Notes: generated from the letters alone by a model not told the origin. Shown: positions 47,215 to 59,034, numbered from the stretch's first letter. The stretch is 64,000 bases of DNA from Candidatus Margulisiibacteriota bacterium (GCA_018823125.1 JAHJIW010000009.1:4170-68169), one strand, 5' to 3'. Numbers and translations are program-made.

Positions 47215-47985
47215 ATGAAAGATACTTTAAAAATTGCTGATAGAGAGTTTAATTCCAGGCTTTTTATCGGAACGGGTAAGTTTTCTTCGCCGGCGGTTAT
47301 GCAGGCAGCGGTTGAGGCGGCTGAGTCCGAAATAGTTACGGTCGCTTTACGGCGGGTTGATTTAGATAATCCGAACGATCAAATTTTAGAACATCTTGAC
47401 CCAAATAAAGTTTTAATTTTACCCAATACTTCCGGAGCGCGGGATCATACGGAAGCGGTAAGATTAGCAAAATTAGCGGCGGCGTCCGGTTTGCCTAAAT
47501 GGATAAAACTTGAGGTTACTCCTGAACCCCGGTTTTTACTGCCGGATCCGGTAGAGACGCTCAAGGCGGCAGAAATTTTAGTTAAAGATGGATTTAATGT
47601 GATGCCTTATATTAATGCCGATCCGATTCTGGCGAAACGATTAGAGGAAGTCGGCTGTGTTACGGTTATGCCGCTTGGTTCTCCAATCGGGAGTAATCAG
47701 GGCATAAAAACTTTGGAAAACATAAAAATTATTTTAGATTTGGTTAATATTCCGGTAGTGGTGGATGCGGGATTAGGAAAACCTTCCGATGCGGCGCTGG
47801 CGATGGAGCTGGGGGCATCTGCGGTATTGGTAAATACTGCCATTGCAACTGCGGGCAATCCAACTGAAATGGCTAAAGCCTTTAAATTAGCAGTAATTGC
47901 TGGAAGATGTGCCTATTTAAGTAAAATTCCCGAAACTAAAGATTTTGCGGAGGCTTCGAGTCCTCTTTCTGGGTTGTTAAGATGA
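47215..47985 (+). CDS. thiG: Thiazole synthase
   Basis: [27 protein letters not shown]. Confidence 0.97.
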   Translation: MKDTLKIADREFNSRLFIGTGKFSSPAVMQAAVEAAESEIVTVALRRVDLDNPNDQILEHLDPNKVLILPNTSGARDHTEAVRLAKLAAASGLPKWIKLEVTPEPRFLLPDPVETLKAAEILVKDGFNVMPYINADPILAKRLEEVGCVTVMPLGSPIGSNQGIKTLENIKIILDLVNIPVVVDAGLGKPSDAALAMELGASAVLVNTAIATAGNPTEMAKAFKLAVIAGRCAYLSKIPETKDFAEASSPLSGLLR

Positions 47986-49106
47986 GTTTCAAGAAAGTAT
48001 TAGAAAAATTTGATCCTTCTTTGACCAAACATAAGATTGACCAGGTTAGTGATGAGGAAATTGAGGTCCTGCTTTTTAAAGAAAAGTTTTCTCTGGATGA
48101 TTTGATTCCTCTGCTTTCTCCAGCTGCGGAAAAGAACTTATCAAAACTTTCAATTAAGGCGAAAAATAAAACCCTGCAGCATTTTGGCCGGACGATTAAG
48201 CTGTATGCGCCATTATATTTGTCGAGTTATTGCCGCAATAGTTGTGTGTATTGTAATTTTAATAAAAAAAATAAGACCGCCCGCCGGCGGCTTAGTTTAA
48301 AAGAAGCACAAAAAGAAGCGCAAATACTTTTTGATTATGGTTTCAGGCATATTTTATTAGTTGCGGGAGAAGACCCTGATTTTATTAACCGGGAGTATCT
48401 GGCTGAATTAATTAAAAATTTAAAAACAAAATTCTCCGGCGTTTCGGTTGAAATTGCTCCGCTGGAGGCGCAAGAGTATCTACAATTGGAAAATCTTGGT
48501 TTGGATGGTTTAACCATTTATCAAGAAACTTATGATCATAAAGTTTATCGGGAAGTGCATGCGGGCGGGAGCAAAAGTGATTTTTGGTGGAGATTAGCCA
48601 CTCCGGAGAGGGGAGGGCAGGCAAAGTTAAGGGAGCTGGGAATTGGATTTCTTTTGGGATTGGCAGATTGGCGGGTGGAAGGTTTTTATTTAGGAATGCA
48701 TGCGGCTTATTTAATGAAAAATTTCTGGCAAAGCCAAATCTCAATATCATTTCCTCGTATCCGGAATATCGAAGCGAGCTTTCGGCCTCCCCAGCGGGTG
48801 AGCGATAAAAATTTGCTCCAATTAATTACGGCGCTTAGATTAGTTTTTCCGCATGTGGATATGACTCTTTCAACCCGGGAGTGTCCGGCGCTGCGCGATG
48901 ATCTAATTGGAGTTGGAATCACCCGCATGAGTGCGGGATCCAAAACTTCGCCGGGTGGATATGCTAACGCCGGCCAAAACGAAAGTAAGCAGTTTTCACT
49001 TGAGGATCACCGCTCACCATTGGAAGTTTCTCAGTCGATTTCAAGTGCCGGATTTGACCCCGTTTTTAAGGACTGGGAAAGACTCTTTGATCGTGAAAAA
49101 CTTTAA
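47982..49106 (+). CDS. thiH: 2-iminoacetate synthase
   Basis: YAPLYLS, CX3CX2C, YQETY, SAGSKT. Confidence 0.95.
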   Translation: MSFKKVLEKFDPSLTKHKIDQVSDEEIEVLLFKEKFSLDDLIPLLSPAAEKNLSKLSIKAKNKTLQHFGRTIKLYAPLYLSSYCRNSCVYCNFNKKNKTARRRLSLKEAQKEAQILFDYGFRHILLVAGEDPDFINREYLAELIKNLKTKFSGVSVEIAPLEAQEYLQLENLGLDGLTIYQETYDHKVYREVHAGGSKSDFWWRLATPERGGQAKLRELGIGFLLGLADWRVEGFYLGMHAAYLMKNFWQSQISISFPRIRNIEASFRPPQRVSDKNLLQLITALRLVFPHVDMTLSTRECPALRDDLIGVGITRMSAGSKTSPGGYANAGQNESKQFSLEDHRSPLEVSQSISSAGFDPVFKDWERLFDREKL

Positions 49107-49164
49107 AACTAGCGTTGGAAAAGAATTGGCGTATGCTAGAATAACTTCTAAGGAGGAGACTTAA

Positions 49165-49593
49165 ATGGTAGAACAATACAATCCAACTGTAATGGATCAT
49201 TTTATGCACCCGCGTAACATGGGTGATATGGAAAATCCGGATGGGGTGGGGCATATCGGCAATCCCCAGTGTGGGGACATTATGGAAATGTACATTAAAG
49301 TAAAAGATAATGTCATTATCGATGTTAAATTTAAAACTTTTGGTTGTGGAGCCGCAATTGCTTCAAGTTCAATTGTAACTGAGTTGGTAAAAGGAAAAAC
49401 CATTGAAGAAGCGCTGAAAATAACCAATCAACAAGTGGTGGATGCTTTAGGCGGTCTTCCTCCGATCAAGCGCCATTGTTCGGTACTCGGTGAAGATGCG
49501 CTGAAAAGCGCCATTGATGATTATTTAAAAAAGACTACCGGCAAAGGGATCGAGGGCTGGCAGCCGCATGAGGAAGAAGAACATGCCCACTGA
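49165..49593 (+). CDS. iscU: Fe-S cluster scaffold IscU/NifU-N
   Basis: GNPQCGD, FGCGAAIAS, RHCS. Confidence 0.93.
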   Translation: MVEQYNPTVMDHFMHPRNMGDMENPDGVGHIGNPQCGDIMEMYIKVKDNVIIDVKFKTFGCGAAIASSSIVTELVKGKTIEEALKITNQQVVDALGGLPPIKRHCSVLGEDALKSAIDDYLKKTTGKGIEGWQPHEEEEHAH

Positions 49594-50773
49594 GGCCAAA
49601 CGCAAAGTTTACTTTGATAATATGGCCAATACCCCACCCGACCACCGCGTAATCGAAACCATGCTCCTGCAAACTAAAGAAGCCTTTGGAAATCCCCTTA
49701 ATATTCATGATTTTGGAGAAAAAACCGCCGAAGTTATAGAATCTTCACGGAAAAATGTAGCTGAATTAATTGGAGCTACCCCGGCAGAGATAATATTTAC
49801 TTCCTGTGGATCTGAATCAAATAATTTTGCGATTCGAGGGATAGCCAAAGCTTACGAAAAGAAAGGCAAGCATATAATTTCTTCCGCGATTGAACATTTT
49901 TCGGTGCTGCAGGTATTAAAGGCATTAGAAAAAGAAGGATTTAAAGTAACTTATCTGCCAGTTGATAAAAATGGGGTTATCAATTCCCAAGCTGTGGCGA
50001 AAGCCATAACCCCTGAGACAATTTTAGTTACTTTAACTCATGCCAGTAATGAAATTGGAACCATTGAGCCCATTGCTGAAATTGGAAAGATTGTAAAAGA
50101 CAAAGGGATCATCTTTCACGTAGATGCGGTGCAAACCGCAGGAACTATTCCATTAAATGTTGCCGAATTCCAGGTAGATGCTTTAACTCTTTCGGCTAAT
50201 CTGTTTTACGGGCCCACTGGAATTGCCGCTCTTTATCTGAAAAAGGGCACACGCATTGTTCCGTTTTTGGTTGGCGGAACCCAAGAAGAAGGAAAACGTG
50301 CCGGAACCCAAAATATCCCCGGAATTTCCGGGATGGGGAAGGCAGCTGAGTTAGCAAAACAAGAAATGAATGCACGCAGTGAAAAATTAATCCCACTGAG
50401 AGATAGGCTACTTAAAGGTCTTACCGAAAAAATTGATGACTTTTTTATTACCGGACATCCAACCAACCGATTGCCTGGACACGCGAGCGGGGTAGTTAAA
50501 TATATTGAAGGCGAATCGATGTCGATGCTGCTTAATATGGAAGGAATTGCGGTATCCACCGGATCAGCCTGTGTTTCAAAAGCGCTCAAAGCTTCACACG
50601 TTGTATTAGCACTCGGAGTTTCTCCCGAAGACGCACACGGTTCCCTTGTTTTTTCGATGGGAAAAGATGCTTCTGTAGAAGATGTAGACTATGTATTAGC
50701 AAAACTTCCGCCCATTGTTAAAAGACTTAGAGAAATGTCGCCGCTTTATCCTAAAAAGAAGGGGGCTAAGTAA
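49583..50773 (+). CDS. iscS: Cysteine desulfurase IscS/NifS family
   Basis: FTSCGSESNN, HVDAVQ, STGSAC; the usual PLP lysine motif (SxHK) reads SANL here. Confidence 0.85.
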   Translation: MPTEAKRKVYFDNMANTPPDHRVIETMLLQTKEAFGNPLNIHDFGEKTAEVIESSRKNVAELIGATPAEIIFTSCGSESNNFAIRGIAKAYEKKGKHIISSAIEHFSVLQVLKALEKEGFKVTYLPVDKNGVINSQAVAKAITPETILVTLTHASNEIGTIEPIAEIGKIVKDKGIIFHVDAVQTAGTIPLNVAEFQVDALTLSANLFYGPTGIAALYLKKGTRIVPFLVGGTQEEGKRAGTQNIPGISGMGKAAELAKQEMNARSEKLIPLRDRLLKGLTEKIDDFFITGHPTNRLPGHASGVVKYIEGESMSMLLNMEGIAVSTGSACVSKALKASHVVLALGVSPEDAHGSLVFSMGKDASVEDVDYVLAKLPPIVKRLREMSPLYPKKKGAK

Positions 50774-51249
50774 TGGAAAAGGAAAAGTTTAATATTGTAG
50801 TTTTCTCGGGTGATATGGATAAAGTTTTAGCCGCTTTCATTTTAGCGACTACGGCAGCTTCCATGGGAATGGAAACTAGTATGTTCTTTACCTTTTGGGG
50901 CCTAAATGTTTTGCGTAAAAAGAAACTTACCAGTGGGAAAAACATCTTGCAGAAAATGATGAATTTTATGAACCAGGGTGGGGCTAGTCGGCTTTCGCTT
51001 TCGAAGTTTAATATGCTGGGGATGGGACCGGCCATGATGAAGGTGCTGATGAAGCAAGCCAAAGTTCCCAGTATCGAAGAATTTATAAAAACGGCAAAAG
51101 GTTTGGGCGTGAAATTAATTGCCTGTACCACCACGTTTAGCTTTATGGGATTTGAAAAAGATGATTTTATCGACGGCATTGATTCTTATGCCGGTGCCGC
51201 TACGTTTATGGGAATGGCTTGCGAAGGAAAAGTTAGTTACTTTATATAA
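50773..51249 (+). CDS. DsrE/DsrF/DrsH-like sulfur relay protein
   Basis: MFFTFWGL, KLIAC. Confidence 0.88.
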   Translation: MEKEKFNIVVFSGDMDKVLAAFILATTAASMGMETSMFFTFWGLNVLRKKKLTSGKNILQKMMNFMNQGGASRLSLSKFNMLGMGPAMMKVLMKQAKVPSIEEFIKTAKGLGVKLIACTTTFSFMGFEKDDFIDGIDSYAGAATFMGMACEGKVSYFI

Positions 51250-51261
51250 GGAGGCATCTTC

Positions 51262-51495
51262 ATGAGAGCCGATGTGTCTCTCGATTGTTTTGGTCTTTTA
51301 TGTCCCATGCCCATTATTAAAACTGCAGAAAAGATTAAACTCCTTAAAACCGGAGAGGTATTAGAAGTTCTTTCGAATGACGAAGGAATAAAAACCGACA
51401 TGCCGGCCTGGTGTAAGGCTACCGGGCAGGAGTTTATAGGGGTGGAGGAGAGAGGCGGGGAATATCGCGCCTATGTGAAAAAAAGGGGTGAGTAG
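51262..51495 (+). CDS. TusA-family sulfurtransferase
   Basis: LDCFGLLCPMP. Confidence 0.92.
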   Translation: MRADVSLDCFGLLCPMPIIKTAEKIKLLKTGEVLEVLSNDEGIKTDMPAWCKATGQEFIGVEERGGEYRAYVKKRGE

Positions 51496-51498
51496 CCC

Positions 51499-53973
51499 AT
51501 GGTAAAAGACCCGGCGCATGCGCATCAACCTTCTAGTAAAACCGAAAAAATATTCATTTCCATTTCCGGCATGCATTGTGCTTCCTGTGTTACCTCAATT
51601 GAAAATGCCTTAAAAAGTTTTAAAGGGGTCATAGACGCAAAAGTTAATTTCGCTTCAGAAAAAGCCACAGTAGAATATGATCCCGCAGTTGCTGACGTTG
51701 AAAAAATTGAAAAAGTTATTGAAGCCACCGGCTATAAAGTTATCCGACCGAAAAAAGCAGCAGGTAATGTCTTGAGGCTTAAAGTTGTTGGTATGGATAA
51801 TCCTCATTGTGTGGGCACCGTTGGGGGAGCGGTCAAAAGTCTTCCGGGAATAATATCCCAGGATCTGCGGGTAAATGAGAAAGCCGTGATTCAATATGAT
51901 CCGGCTCAAGTCGATCCACAAAAAATCAAAGAGGTTATCAAAGCAGCCGGCTATACCCCGTTTGAAGAAGCAGAAGTAACGGTTGATGTTGAAAAAGAAG
52001 CGCGCGAGAAAGAAATCCAAAACTTTAAGAATAGATTTATGGGCGCTCTCGTTTTAAGTTTACCTTTACTCTACTACATGCTGGCGATGCTTTTTAACGT
52101 ACCGATCCCTAAATTTATGGTTCAGCATGCCGCGACCATCCAATTTATACTTACCACGCCAATCATGTTTATCGGCAGTATCTTTTTTACCAGAGGAATC
52201 GTTTCCCTGGTCAAAACCAGAACTGCCAATATGGACACCCTGGTTTCTCTCGGGGTGGGGGCGGCCTATCTCTACAGTTTATTTGTAACCGTAAATATTT
52301 GGATGGGCAATCCCGCTTACGGGATGGGAAACCTCTATTACGAAGTGGCGGGCTTCTTATTAACCTTTATCCTGCTTGGAAAATATTTTGAAGCGATGGC
52401 CAAAGGAAAAACATCTGAAGCAATCAAAAAATTGATGGGCCTGCAGCCCAAGACGGCGGTGGTAGAAAGAGATGGTAAGGAAATAGAGGTTGCAATTAAC
52501 CAGGTAGAGGTTGGAGATATTATAATCGTAAAACCGGGTGGAAAAATCCCGGTGGACGGAACCGTCATTGAAGGCCATTCCAGTGTGGATGAGTCTATGG
52601 TAACTGGAGAGAGTATTCCGGTTGAGAAAAAGGCGGGCGATAAAGTAGTGGGTGCCACTATCAATAAAACCGGTTCATTTAAGTTTAAAGCCGAAAAAAT
52701 TGGAAAAGATACGTTTCTAGCTCAGGTGATAAGACTGGTTGAAGAAGCTCAGGGAAGCAAAGCTCCAGTGGAAGAATTGGCGGATAAAATCTCAGCAGTT
52801 TTTGTGCCGGCGGTGGTTTTGATTGGATTAGTAGCATTTGTTATCTGGTTGGTGGCTGGACAGAGTTTTATTTTTGCGCTTACCGTTTTTATTACAGTCA
52901 TAATCATAGCGTGTCCCTGTGCTTTGGGATTAGCTACTCCCACCGCAGTGATGGTGGGGACTGGATTAGGAGCTGAACATGGAATTCTCATTAAAAGTGC
53001 AACCGCCCTGCAGCGTGCCGCTCAACTTAAAGTTATTGTTTTTGATAAAACTGGAACCTTAACTAAAGGTGAGCCGGAAGTCACAGATTTAATTCCCAAA
53101 GACGTATTATTATATGCAGCGGTTGCGGAAAAGCGGTCTGAACATCCGTTGGCAGAAGCAATTCTTAAGAAGGCGAAACTCGAAAAAATTGACGTCCCGG
53201 ATCCAGAAAATTTTAATGCTATTTCTGGTAAAGGCGTTGAGGCCAGTCTGAAGGGTGAATATATTTTGCTTGGCAACCGAAAGTTGATGCAAGAAAAAAA
53301 CATTCCAATTACAGAACAAGAAAATAAAATACAAGAGCTAGAGTCACAAGGAAAAACAGTCATGCTGGTTGCTAAAAATAATATTTTGATTGGATTGGTG
53401 GCGGTTGCGGATACTTTAAAAAAATATTCAAAGGAAGCCGTAGCTGAATTGCATCACATGGGAAGAGAAGTAGTCATGATTACCGGTGATAACCAAAGAA
53501 CCGGAGAAGCCATTGCTTCCCAGGTTGGTATTGATCGGGTTCTAGCTGAAGTGCTTCCACAAGATAAGGCGGATAATATCAAAAAACTTCAGGCCGGAGG
53601 AAAGCAAGTAGCGATGGTAGGGGATGGAATCAACGACGCCCCGGCACTGGCCCAAGCTGACATTGGTATCGCAATTGGGACCGGAACTGATGTTGCCATT
53701 GAAACTGGAGAAATTGTTTTAGTAAAAGATGATTTGCGGGATGTGGTAACCGCGATCGATTTAAGTGCTTATTCAATGCGCAAGATCAAACAAAATCTTT
53801 TCTGGGCTTTTATTTATAATTCTTTAGGAATTCCAATTGCTGCTGGAATTTTATATCCCTTTACCGGGTTTTTATTAAATCCGATTATCGCTGGTGCAGC
53901 GATGGCTTTCAGCTCGGTTTCGGTAGTGTCAAATTCGCTTTTAATGAAAAGATTCAAACCCAGAATAAAATAA
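51499..53973 (+). CDS. copA: Copper-translocating P1B-type ATPase
   Basis: [30 protein letters not shown]. Confidence 0.95.
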   Translation: MVKDPAHAHQPSSKTEKIFISISGMHCASCVTSIENALKSFKGVIDAKVNFASEKATVEYDPAVADVEKIEKVIEATGYKVIRPKKAAGNVLRLKVVGMDNPHCVGTVGGAVKSLPGIISQDLRVNEKAVIQYDPAQVDPQKIKEVIKAAGYTPFEEAEVTVDVEKEAREKEIQNFKNRFMGALVLSLPLLYYMLAMLFNVPIPKFMVQHAATIQFILTTPIMFIGSIFFTRGIVSLVKTRTANMDTLVSLGVGAAYLYSLFVTVNIWMGNPAYGMGNLYYEVAGFLLTFILLGKYFEAMAKGKTSEAIKKLMGLQPKTAVVERDGKEIEVAINQVEVGDIIIVKPGGKIPVDGTVIEGHSSVDESMVTGESIPVEKKAGDKVVGATINKTGSFKFKAEKIGKDTFLAQVIRLVEEAQGSKAPVEELADKISAVFVPAVVLIGLVAFVIWLVAGQSFIFALTVFITVIIIACPCALGLATPTAVMVGTGLGAEHGILIKSATALQRAAQLKVIVFDKTGTLTKGEPEVTDLIPKDVLLYAAVAEKRSEHPLAEAILKKAKLEKIDVPDPENFNAISGKGVEASLKGEYILLGNRKLMQEKNIPITEQENKIQELESQGKTVMLVAKNNILIGLVAVADTLKKYSKEAVAELHHMGREVVMITGDNQRTGEAIASQVGIDRVLAEVLPQDKADNIKKLQAGGKQVAMVGDGINDAPALAQADIGIAIGTGTDVAIETGEIVLVKDDLRDVVTAIDLSAYSMRKIKQNLFWAFIYNSLGIPIAAGILYPFTGFLLNPIIAGAAMAFSSVSVVSNSLLMKRFKPRIK

Positions 53974-53990
53974 CAGGGAGGTGAAACATT

Positions 53991-54344
53991 ATGATGGGAG
54001 GATTAACTGGATTTCTTTGGGGATCATTAATTATTGTACTTTTACTTTTAGGTTTTGCGTACATAATTTGGGCGATTGCGAGTAAGGAAAAAGGAGCCGT
54101 AAAAAATATTGGTCAGGCAATTGCAATCGTGATTGCAGTTTTGGCGATCTTTATCTTTTTATATGGCAGCGTATACGGGGGAATGTTTGGAGGATGTGGT
54201 GGTAAAGGTTATATGATGGGTAAAGGGATGATGCGCTACAAGGAGGGAGCAGACGAAAGCAAAATGTATGAATATATGGAAAAAGTCATGAAAAAACCCG
54301 GTATGCATGAGTGGATGGAAAAATATATGGAGAAAAACAAGTAA
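53991..54344 (+). CDS. Two-TM protein with Met-rich C-terminus
   Basis: GGAGG RBS; downstream of copA. Confidence 0.7.
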   Translation: MMGGLTGFLWGSLIIVLLLLGFAYIIWAIASKEKGAVKNIGQAIAIVIAVLAIFIFLYGSVYGGMFGGCGGKGYMMGKGMMRYKEGADESKMYEYMEKVMKKPGMHEWMEKYMEKNK

Positions 54345-54350
54345 AGAGTT

Positions 54351-55238
54351 TTAATGTAGCGGTTTTATTTCGAATTTTTCTTCAAGTTTTTTGGGATGCC
54401 AGGACAGTTTAGCTTTACGCAGTCCTGGTATCCCTAAGTCCTGCTCCAGATTTATGTATTTAAATGAATTAAATGTTTTTTCACAAGCTTCTTTGATTAA
54501 CATCTGGAAAACACCTGCGGTTTGAGGCTTTCCGTACGAAAAATGGACCGAAATCATATTTGGATTCGCCGTGCCTAGGATAAAGCCTTTGACTGAATCC
54601 TCAGCAAAAAGCATGCCGCCTTTGCAGTTAAGCTTATCAAATTGTCCAAAAGCTTCTTCAATGGCCTTCTTTTGTGAGTTGTAGGAAAATTTGGTGAAAA
54701 AGCGGGTTTCTTTTTTATGGCCGGCCCATTCCTCAAATAATTTTAAGGCTTGTACTGCATGCTCCGCTTTTAACGGAACAAACTGATAATCTGGAAAATG
54801 CTTCAAGAATCGTTTTAAGTGATTGCGTTTGCCATCGAACTTCTTGCCTTCAAGATTTGCTAAGTCTTCGCGAAGATAAATATAATCAGATTGATTGCGT
54901 AAATATTTGCAGCGATACTCATCCTTAGATAGTGATTCGCAAAATCTTTTAGAAAGCCTCGAAAGTTTTCCAGTGAGATTTAAACAGGTCTCGATGGTGC
55001 TGGAAAGCTTATGCTGACTGAGTGGTTCAAGGAAGTAGGGGGCTTCGTGCATGGGGCTGATTAATAAACAAAGATTTTCATTGATCATAGTTAATTGGGC
55101 ACGGTCGAAGTTACGGTAAATAAATAAATTAGCCAAGTTTAATTCACAAATGGATCGTGGCGACGCATTTAAATATTTGGTAACTATTTCAAAGTCGGCT
55201 ATTTCCAGGTTTTTAAACTTTGGATATTCAGGAATCAT
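54351..55238 (-). CDS. DUF2156/phosphatidylglycerol lysyltransferase-domain GNAT protein
   Basis: LEGKKFDGKRNHL, YINLEQDLGIPGLRKAKLS. Confidence 0.85.
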   Translation of the reverse strand: MIPEYPKFKNLEIADFEIVTKYLNASPRSICELNLANLFIYRNFDRAQLTMINENLCLLISPMHEAPYFLEPLSQHKLSSTIETCLNLTGKLSRLSKRFCESLSKDEYRCKYLRNQSDYIYLREDLANLEGKKFDGKRNHLKRFLKHFPDYQFVPLKAEHAVQALKLFEEWAGHKKETRFFTKFSYNSQKKAIEEAFGQFDKLNCKGGMLFAEDSVKGFILGTANPNMISVHFSYGKPQTAGVFQMLIKEACEKTFNSFKYINLEQDLGIPGLRKAKLSWHPKKLEEKFEIKPLH

Positions 55239-55644
55239 GTTTTGATTTTACCATGCAGGTGCATTTTTCTGGAATGCATTCCTGGCACTCGACGGGATCT
55301 TTGGGTGGGAGGAAGGCAGGAGGGGAGACCGGCTTAAATCCTAATTTTTTAAAGAAATCGGGAATAATAGTGTATAAATAAATATCTTTAGCGGCTTTTG
55401 TAAATAATTCCTTAATTAGTTGGGATGCAATGCCGTGTTTTTGATAGCCGGGACGCACTCCAACCGAACTGAGAAAGAAAAAATTATCATATTCCTTTAA
55501 TCGGGCGGTGCCCACTACTTTTCCGTCTTTTTTAGCTACCCAAAAACCACCAAAAGCTTGATGAGTTGCAAGTAAATCCAGCTCTTCGAGGATTTTTACA
55601 ATTTGTGCCTTGTCTTTTTCTTGTGCGCGTTCAATCATTAGCAT
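55228..55644 (-). CDS. GNAT N-acetyltransferase
   Basis: VRPGYQKHGIA, FFKKLGF. Confidence 0.88.
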   Translation of the reverse strand: MLMIERAQEKDKAQIVKILEELDLLATHQAFGGFWVAKKDGKVVGTARLKEYDNFFFLSSVGVRPGYQKHGIASQLIKELFTKAAKDIYLYTIIPDFFKKLGFKPVSPPAFLPPKDPVECQECIPEKCTCMVKSKHDS

Positions 55645-55727
55645 AACTTTTATTATTTTACTATAAATACCAAAAATTCAGCAGTCTTCTTTTTTTTAGC
55701 GTTGGCTTATGTTACGATTACCTTGAT

Positions 55728-56177
55728 ATGACACTTCAAATTCAACCTCAATCCAAACGAGTTTTTATCGGTCGTTTTGAATGCGGCTATGATCTTTTAG
55801 CCGCACTAACCGGCTTTTGCAAGAAAAATGATATTAAGCTGGGAACTTTTAATGTCATTGGCGCAGTGAAAAAAGCCAAGCTCGGGTATTATAACCAGGA
55901 AGAAAAAAAGTATACTTACTGTATTGATTTAGAGAAAAAAATGGAAATTGCCGCCTGTATGGGAAATATTTCTCAAAAAGACGGAGAAATCATGGTGCAT
56001 GCCCATATCGTTTTATCAGATCTTGGAGGGAAAACCGTAGGGGGGCACCTCCTGCCCGATACCGAAATCTTTGCGGCTGAATTTCATATTCAAGAGTACA
56101 CGGGAGCCGAGCTAAATCGAATAAAAGATAGCGTGACCGGATTACCACTTTGGGGAAATAATAAATACAAGGAGTGA
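55728..56177 (+). CDS. PPC/DUF296-domain protein
   Basis: HAHIVL..GGHL. Confidence 0.88.
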   Translation: MTLQIQPQSKRVFIGRFECGYDLLAALTGFCKKNDIKLGTFNVIGAVKKAKLGYYNQEEKKYTYCIDLEKKMEIAACMGNISQKDGEIMVHAHIVLSDLGGKTVGGHLLPDTEIFAAEFHIQEYTGAELNRIKDSVTGLPLWGNNKYKE

Positions 56178-56182
56178 TTCAA

Positions 56183-56497
56183 ATGTCAAAAGCAATCAAT
56201 GATGCCGAGTTTTCAAAAGAAGTTGAACAAAATCAGGGAGTAGTATTTGTAGATTTTTGGGCGCCGTGGTGTGGTCCGTGCGTAATGATGGCGCCGCTTT
56301 ACGATAAAATGTCAAAAAAATATCCTTCAATTAAGTTTTGTAAAGTAGATACTACCCAAAGTTCCGAAAAAGCGATGCAATATGCCGTAACCGGTATTCC
56401 CTGCATCATTATTTTTAAGAATGGAAAAGAAGTGGAACGTATTATAGGGCTGCAGCCTGAGCCAAAGTTTGAGCAAACTATAAATAAGTACGCTTAG
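56183..56497 (+). CDS. trxA: Thioredoxin
   Basis: WCGPC. Confidence 0.93.
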   Translation: MSKAINDAEFSKEVEQNQGVVFVDFWAPWCGPCVMMAPLYDKMSKKYPSIKFCKVDTTQSSEKAMQYAVTGIPCIIIFKNGKEVERIIGLQPEPKFEQTINKYA

Positions 56498-56498
56498 C

Positions 56499-57191
56499 AT
56501 GATCAAGTTAGTTTTACTGCGCCACGGCGAAAGTATCTGGAACAAAGAAAATATCTTTACCGGCTGGACTGACGTGGATTTATCAGCCAAAGGGGTGGAG
56601 GAGGCGCGTGCCGCCGGAAAAATATTAAAAAAAGACGATTATACTTTTGATATTGCTTACTGTTCAGTCCTAATCCGAGCGATTCACACGCTGAAAATTG
56701 TTCTTAAAGAAATGGGATTAGAATCTTTGCCGGTAGAATACTCATGGCGGCTGAACGAACGCCATTACGGAGCGCTGCAGGGATTAAATAAAGCTGAAAC
56801 TGCAAAAAAGTATGGTGAAGAACAAGTTTTTAAATGGAGAAGGAGCTTTGCCATCCGGCCGCCTGCGCTAACCGAAACGGATGAACGTTATCCGGGCCAT
56901 GATCCAAAGTATAAGGATTTAACCAAAGATGAACTTCCGTTAACCGAATCTTTAAAGGATTCGATTGCCCGCTTTATGCCTTATTGGCACGCGGTTATTG
57001 TTCCAGCCATCCAATCCGGTAAAAAAGTTTTCATTTCAGCCCACGGCAACAGTTTAAGAGCTTTGATCAAACAGCTTGATAATATTTCGGATGAGGAAAT
57101 TCCAAATCTCAACCTACCGACCGGGATTCCTTTGATTTATGAATTAGACGAATCCTTAAAGCCCATACGGCATTATTACTTAGGAGACTAA
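56499..57191 (+). CDS. gpmA: 2,3-BPG-dependent phosphoglycerate mutase
   Basis: [20 protein letters not shown]. Confidence 0.96.
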   Translation: MIKLVLLRHGESIWNKENIFTGWTDVDLSAKGVEEARAAGKILKKDDYTFDIAYCSVLIRAIHTLKIVLKEMGLESLPVEYSWRLNERHYGALQGLNKAETAKKYGEEQVFKWRRSFAIRPPALTETDERYPGHDPKYKDLTKDELPLTESLKDSIARFMPYWHAVIVPAIQSGKKVFISAHGNSLRALIKQLDNISDEEIPNLNLPTGIPLIYELDESLKPIRHYYLGD

Positions 57192-57205
57192 GTGGCGCGA
57201 CAGGG

Positions 57206-57880
57206 TTATTTTGCCGGCTTCACATACTTTGGCAGCGTCAACATTATATATACAATAAATAACGATAATATTGCCGAGAAAAAGCACCATACCGAATCAA
57301 AAGCCGCTTTGTTAATAAACTCAGCCAAAAGGATCGAACCGATTAGTAAAAATCCAAAAATCTTCAATTTAACGTCGGATCCAATTAGGAACGGAGGTAC
57401 TACCGCCAATAAATAAAAGACAATATAGATTTCTTTTAAAATATTGGGTCGGGTGGTGGCATAGGCAATGGAGTGGCCGATAACTTTGGTGTCCAGTGTG
57501 ATCGCTCCGATCAGTAGCGGGGCGTAAGCCGCAACTCCAACTCCAAATCCGATGACCGTTAATACAAACAACAGTCTTTTAACCGGGCGATTAACTTCTT
57601 CTTTTTCAGCCATAAACACGGCTAGCGGTGAATAAAATGGCCAGAAGAAAAAGGCAAAGAACAGGAAAAGAAAGGAAAATATTTTAACCATGACCGGGAA
57701 TCCAAACCCCAGATTCAGCCACACAAACCCTTCCGTGATTTGTTGAAGTCCAAAAAACAGGGGTACCGCAGCAAACAGCAAGTAATCACGATCTTTTTGA
57801 GCTGCCTTGGTTATAGTAAGCGCGCTGGCAGCTACTAAAACGGAGCCGACACCGAAACTGGCGGGAGCAGAAAAACACAT
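57206..57880 (-). CDS. Multi-pass membrane protein (DUF6629-like)
   Basis: MCFSAPASF, QQITEG, SVWCFFSA. Confidence 0.8.
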   Translation of the reverse strand: MCFSAPASFGVGSVLVAASALTITKAAQKDRDYLLFAAVPLFFGLQQITEGFVWLNLGFGFPVMVKIFSFLFLFFAFFFWPFYSPLAVFMAEKEEVNRPVKRLLFVLTVIGFGVGVAAYAPLLIGAITLDTKVIGHSIAYATTRPNILKEIYIVFYLLAVVPPFLIGSDVKLKIFGFLLIGSILLAEFINKAAFDSVWCFFSAILSLFIVYIMLTLPKYVKPAK

Positions 57881-57893
57881 AATAATTACCTCC

Positions 57894-58919
57894 TTAAGGC
57901 TTTCTCAATTCAGTGTACAGTATTTTTATTATCCCCGCGATGGGTGCGGCAAAAAATAATCCCCAAACTCCGATAAGATGGCTAAGTATTAACATGGCTA
58001 AAATTACCGTAATCGGGTGAAGATTTAACCTTTCCCCCATAATGCGCGGTACCAAAATTGTATTTTCAACACTTTGAACCACGATATAGAGCACGATAAC
58101 CTTAGCGGCCAGGAGCGGCGAAGAAATAAAAGCAATGATTACCGCCGGAACTGCTCCGATGAAAGGTCCCATCACCGGAATAAATTCGGTAATGGCGGCA
58201 ATTAACCCCAGTATCAGGAAGTACTTTACCCCTAAAAGATAAAGACCGAAACCACAGAGCGTCCCGATTAAAATACATAGTAAGAATACTCCCCTAAAGT
58301 ATCGGTGGAGTAGTGAATTAATATCTAAAATAATGGTTTGGGTTTTTTTCTGGTGATCTTTGGGCAGCAGTGCAATGATCCCTTTGAGAATTGACTCTTT
58401 ATCTTTTAATAAATAGAACGTAATGATGGGAATAACAATTAAGTAAATGAATTGCGAAAGAAATCCCGCCAGCGTAGCCGCGCTTTGATTAACAAAATTA
58501 ACCATCACGTTTAAAATATTTTGCATGCTGTTAACAATCACGGCGTTAACTTGGTCCGGCAGGTGCGCACCCCGATACCATTTAGTAATTGAGTCTAACG
58601 TGCTTTGGGTCGAAGCGATAAACTGGGGCAGATTTTCGGCCAGCCGGTTAAATTCGCTGGCAAAGGGCGGGGCAATGAAGCTAATTAAGGTCACCAGTAT
58701 AATAATTAAAATAAGCGCTGATAATATTATCGAAAGCGTCCGGTTAAGCCCCAGCCCCTTTGGTCTTTGGTCAGAAAGCAATTTAACCGCGGGGTTTAAA
58801 ACATAAAATAGTATCAGTGCAATGATAATTGGAAAAAGCGCGTCCTGAATGAGGTAAAGGAAAGCAAGAAAAATAATTAAACCAATTACTCTGGTAATCT
58901 GTTTGTAATCAACCTTCAT
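57894..58919 (-). CDS. AI-2E family transporter
   Basis: FIPVMGPFIG, ENTILVPRIMG..LHP. Confidence 0.92.
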   Translation of the reverse strand: MKVDYKQITRVIGLIIFLAFLYLIQDALFPIIIALILFYVLNPAVKLLSDQRPKGLGLNRTLSIILSALILIIILVTLISFIAPPFASEFNRLAENLPQFIASTQSTLDSITKWYRGAHLPDQVNAVIVNSMQNILNVMVNFVNQSAATLAGFLSQFIYLIVIPIITFYLLKDKESILKGIIALLPKDHQKKTQTIILDINSLLHRYFRGVFLLCILIGTLCGFGLYLLGVKYFLILGLIAAITEFIPVMGPFIGAVPAVIIAFISSPLLAAKVIVLYIVVQSVENTILVPRIMGERLNLHPITVILAMLILSHLIGVWGLFFAAPIAGIIKILYTELRKP

Positions 58920-59034
58920 GTTTATATTTTCGCACCAGTGTAGTCAAAAGTCAAAATAAAAAGACCCGATTTGAGTTGATCATTTGATGTTGCGTTGTTA
59001 GAATTCAGACAACTTATTACAAAGGAGACTAACT

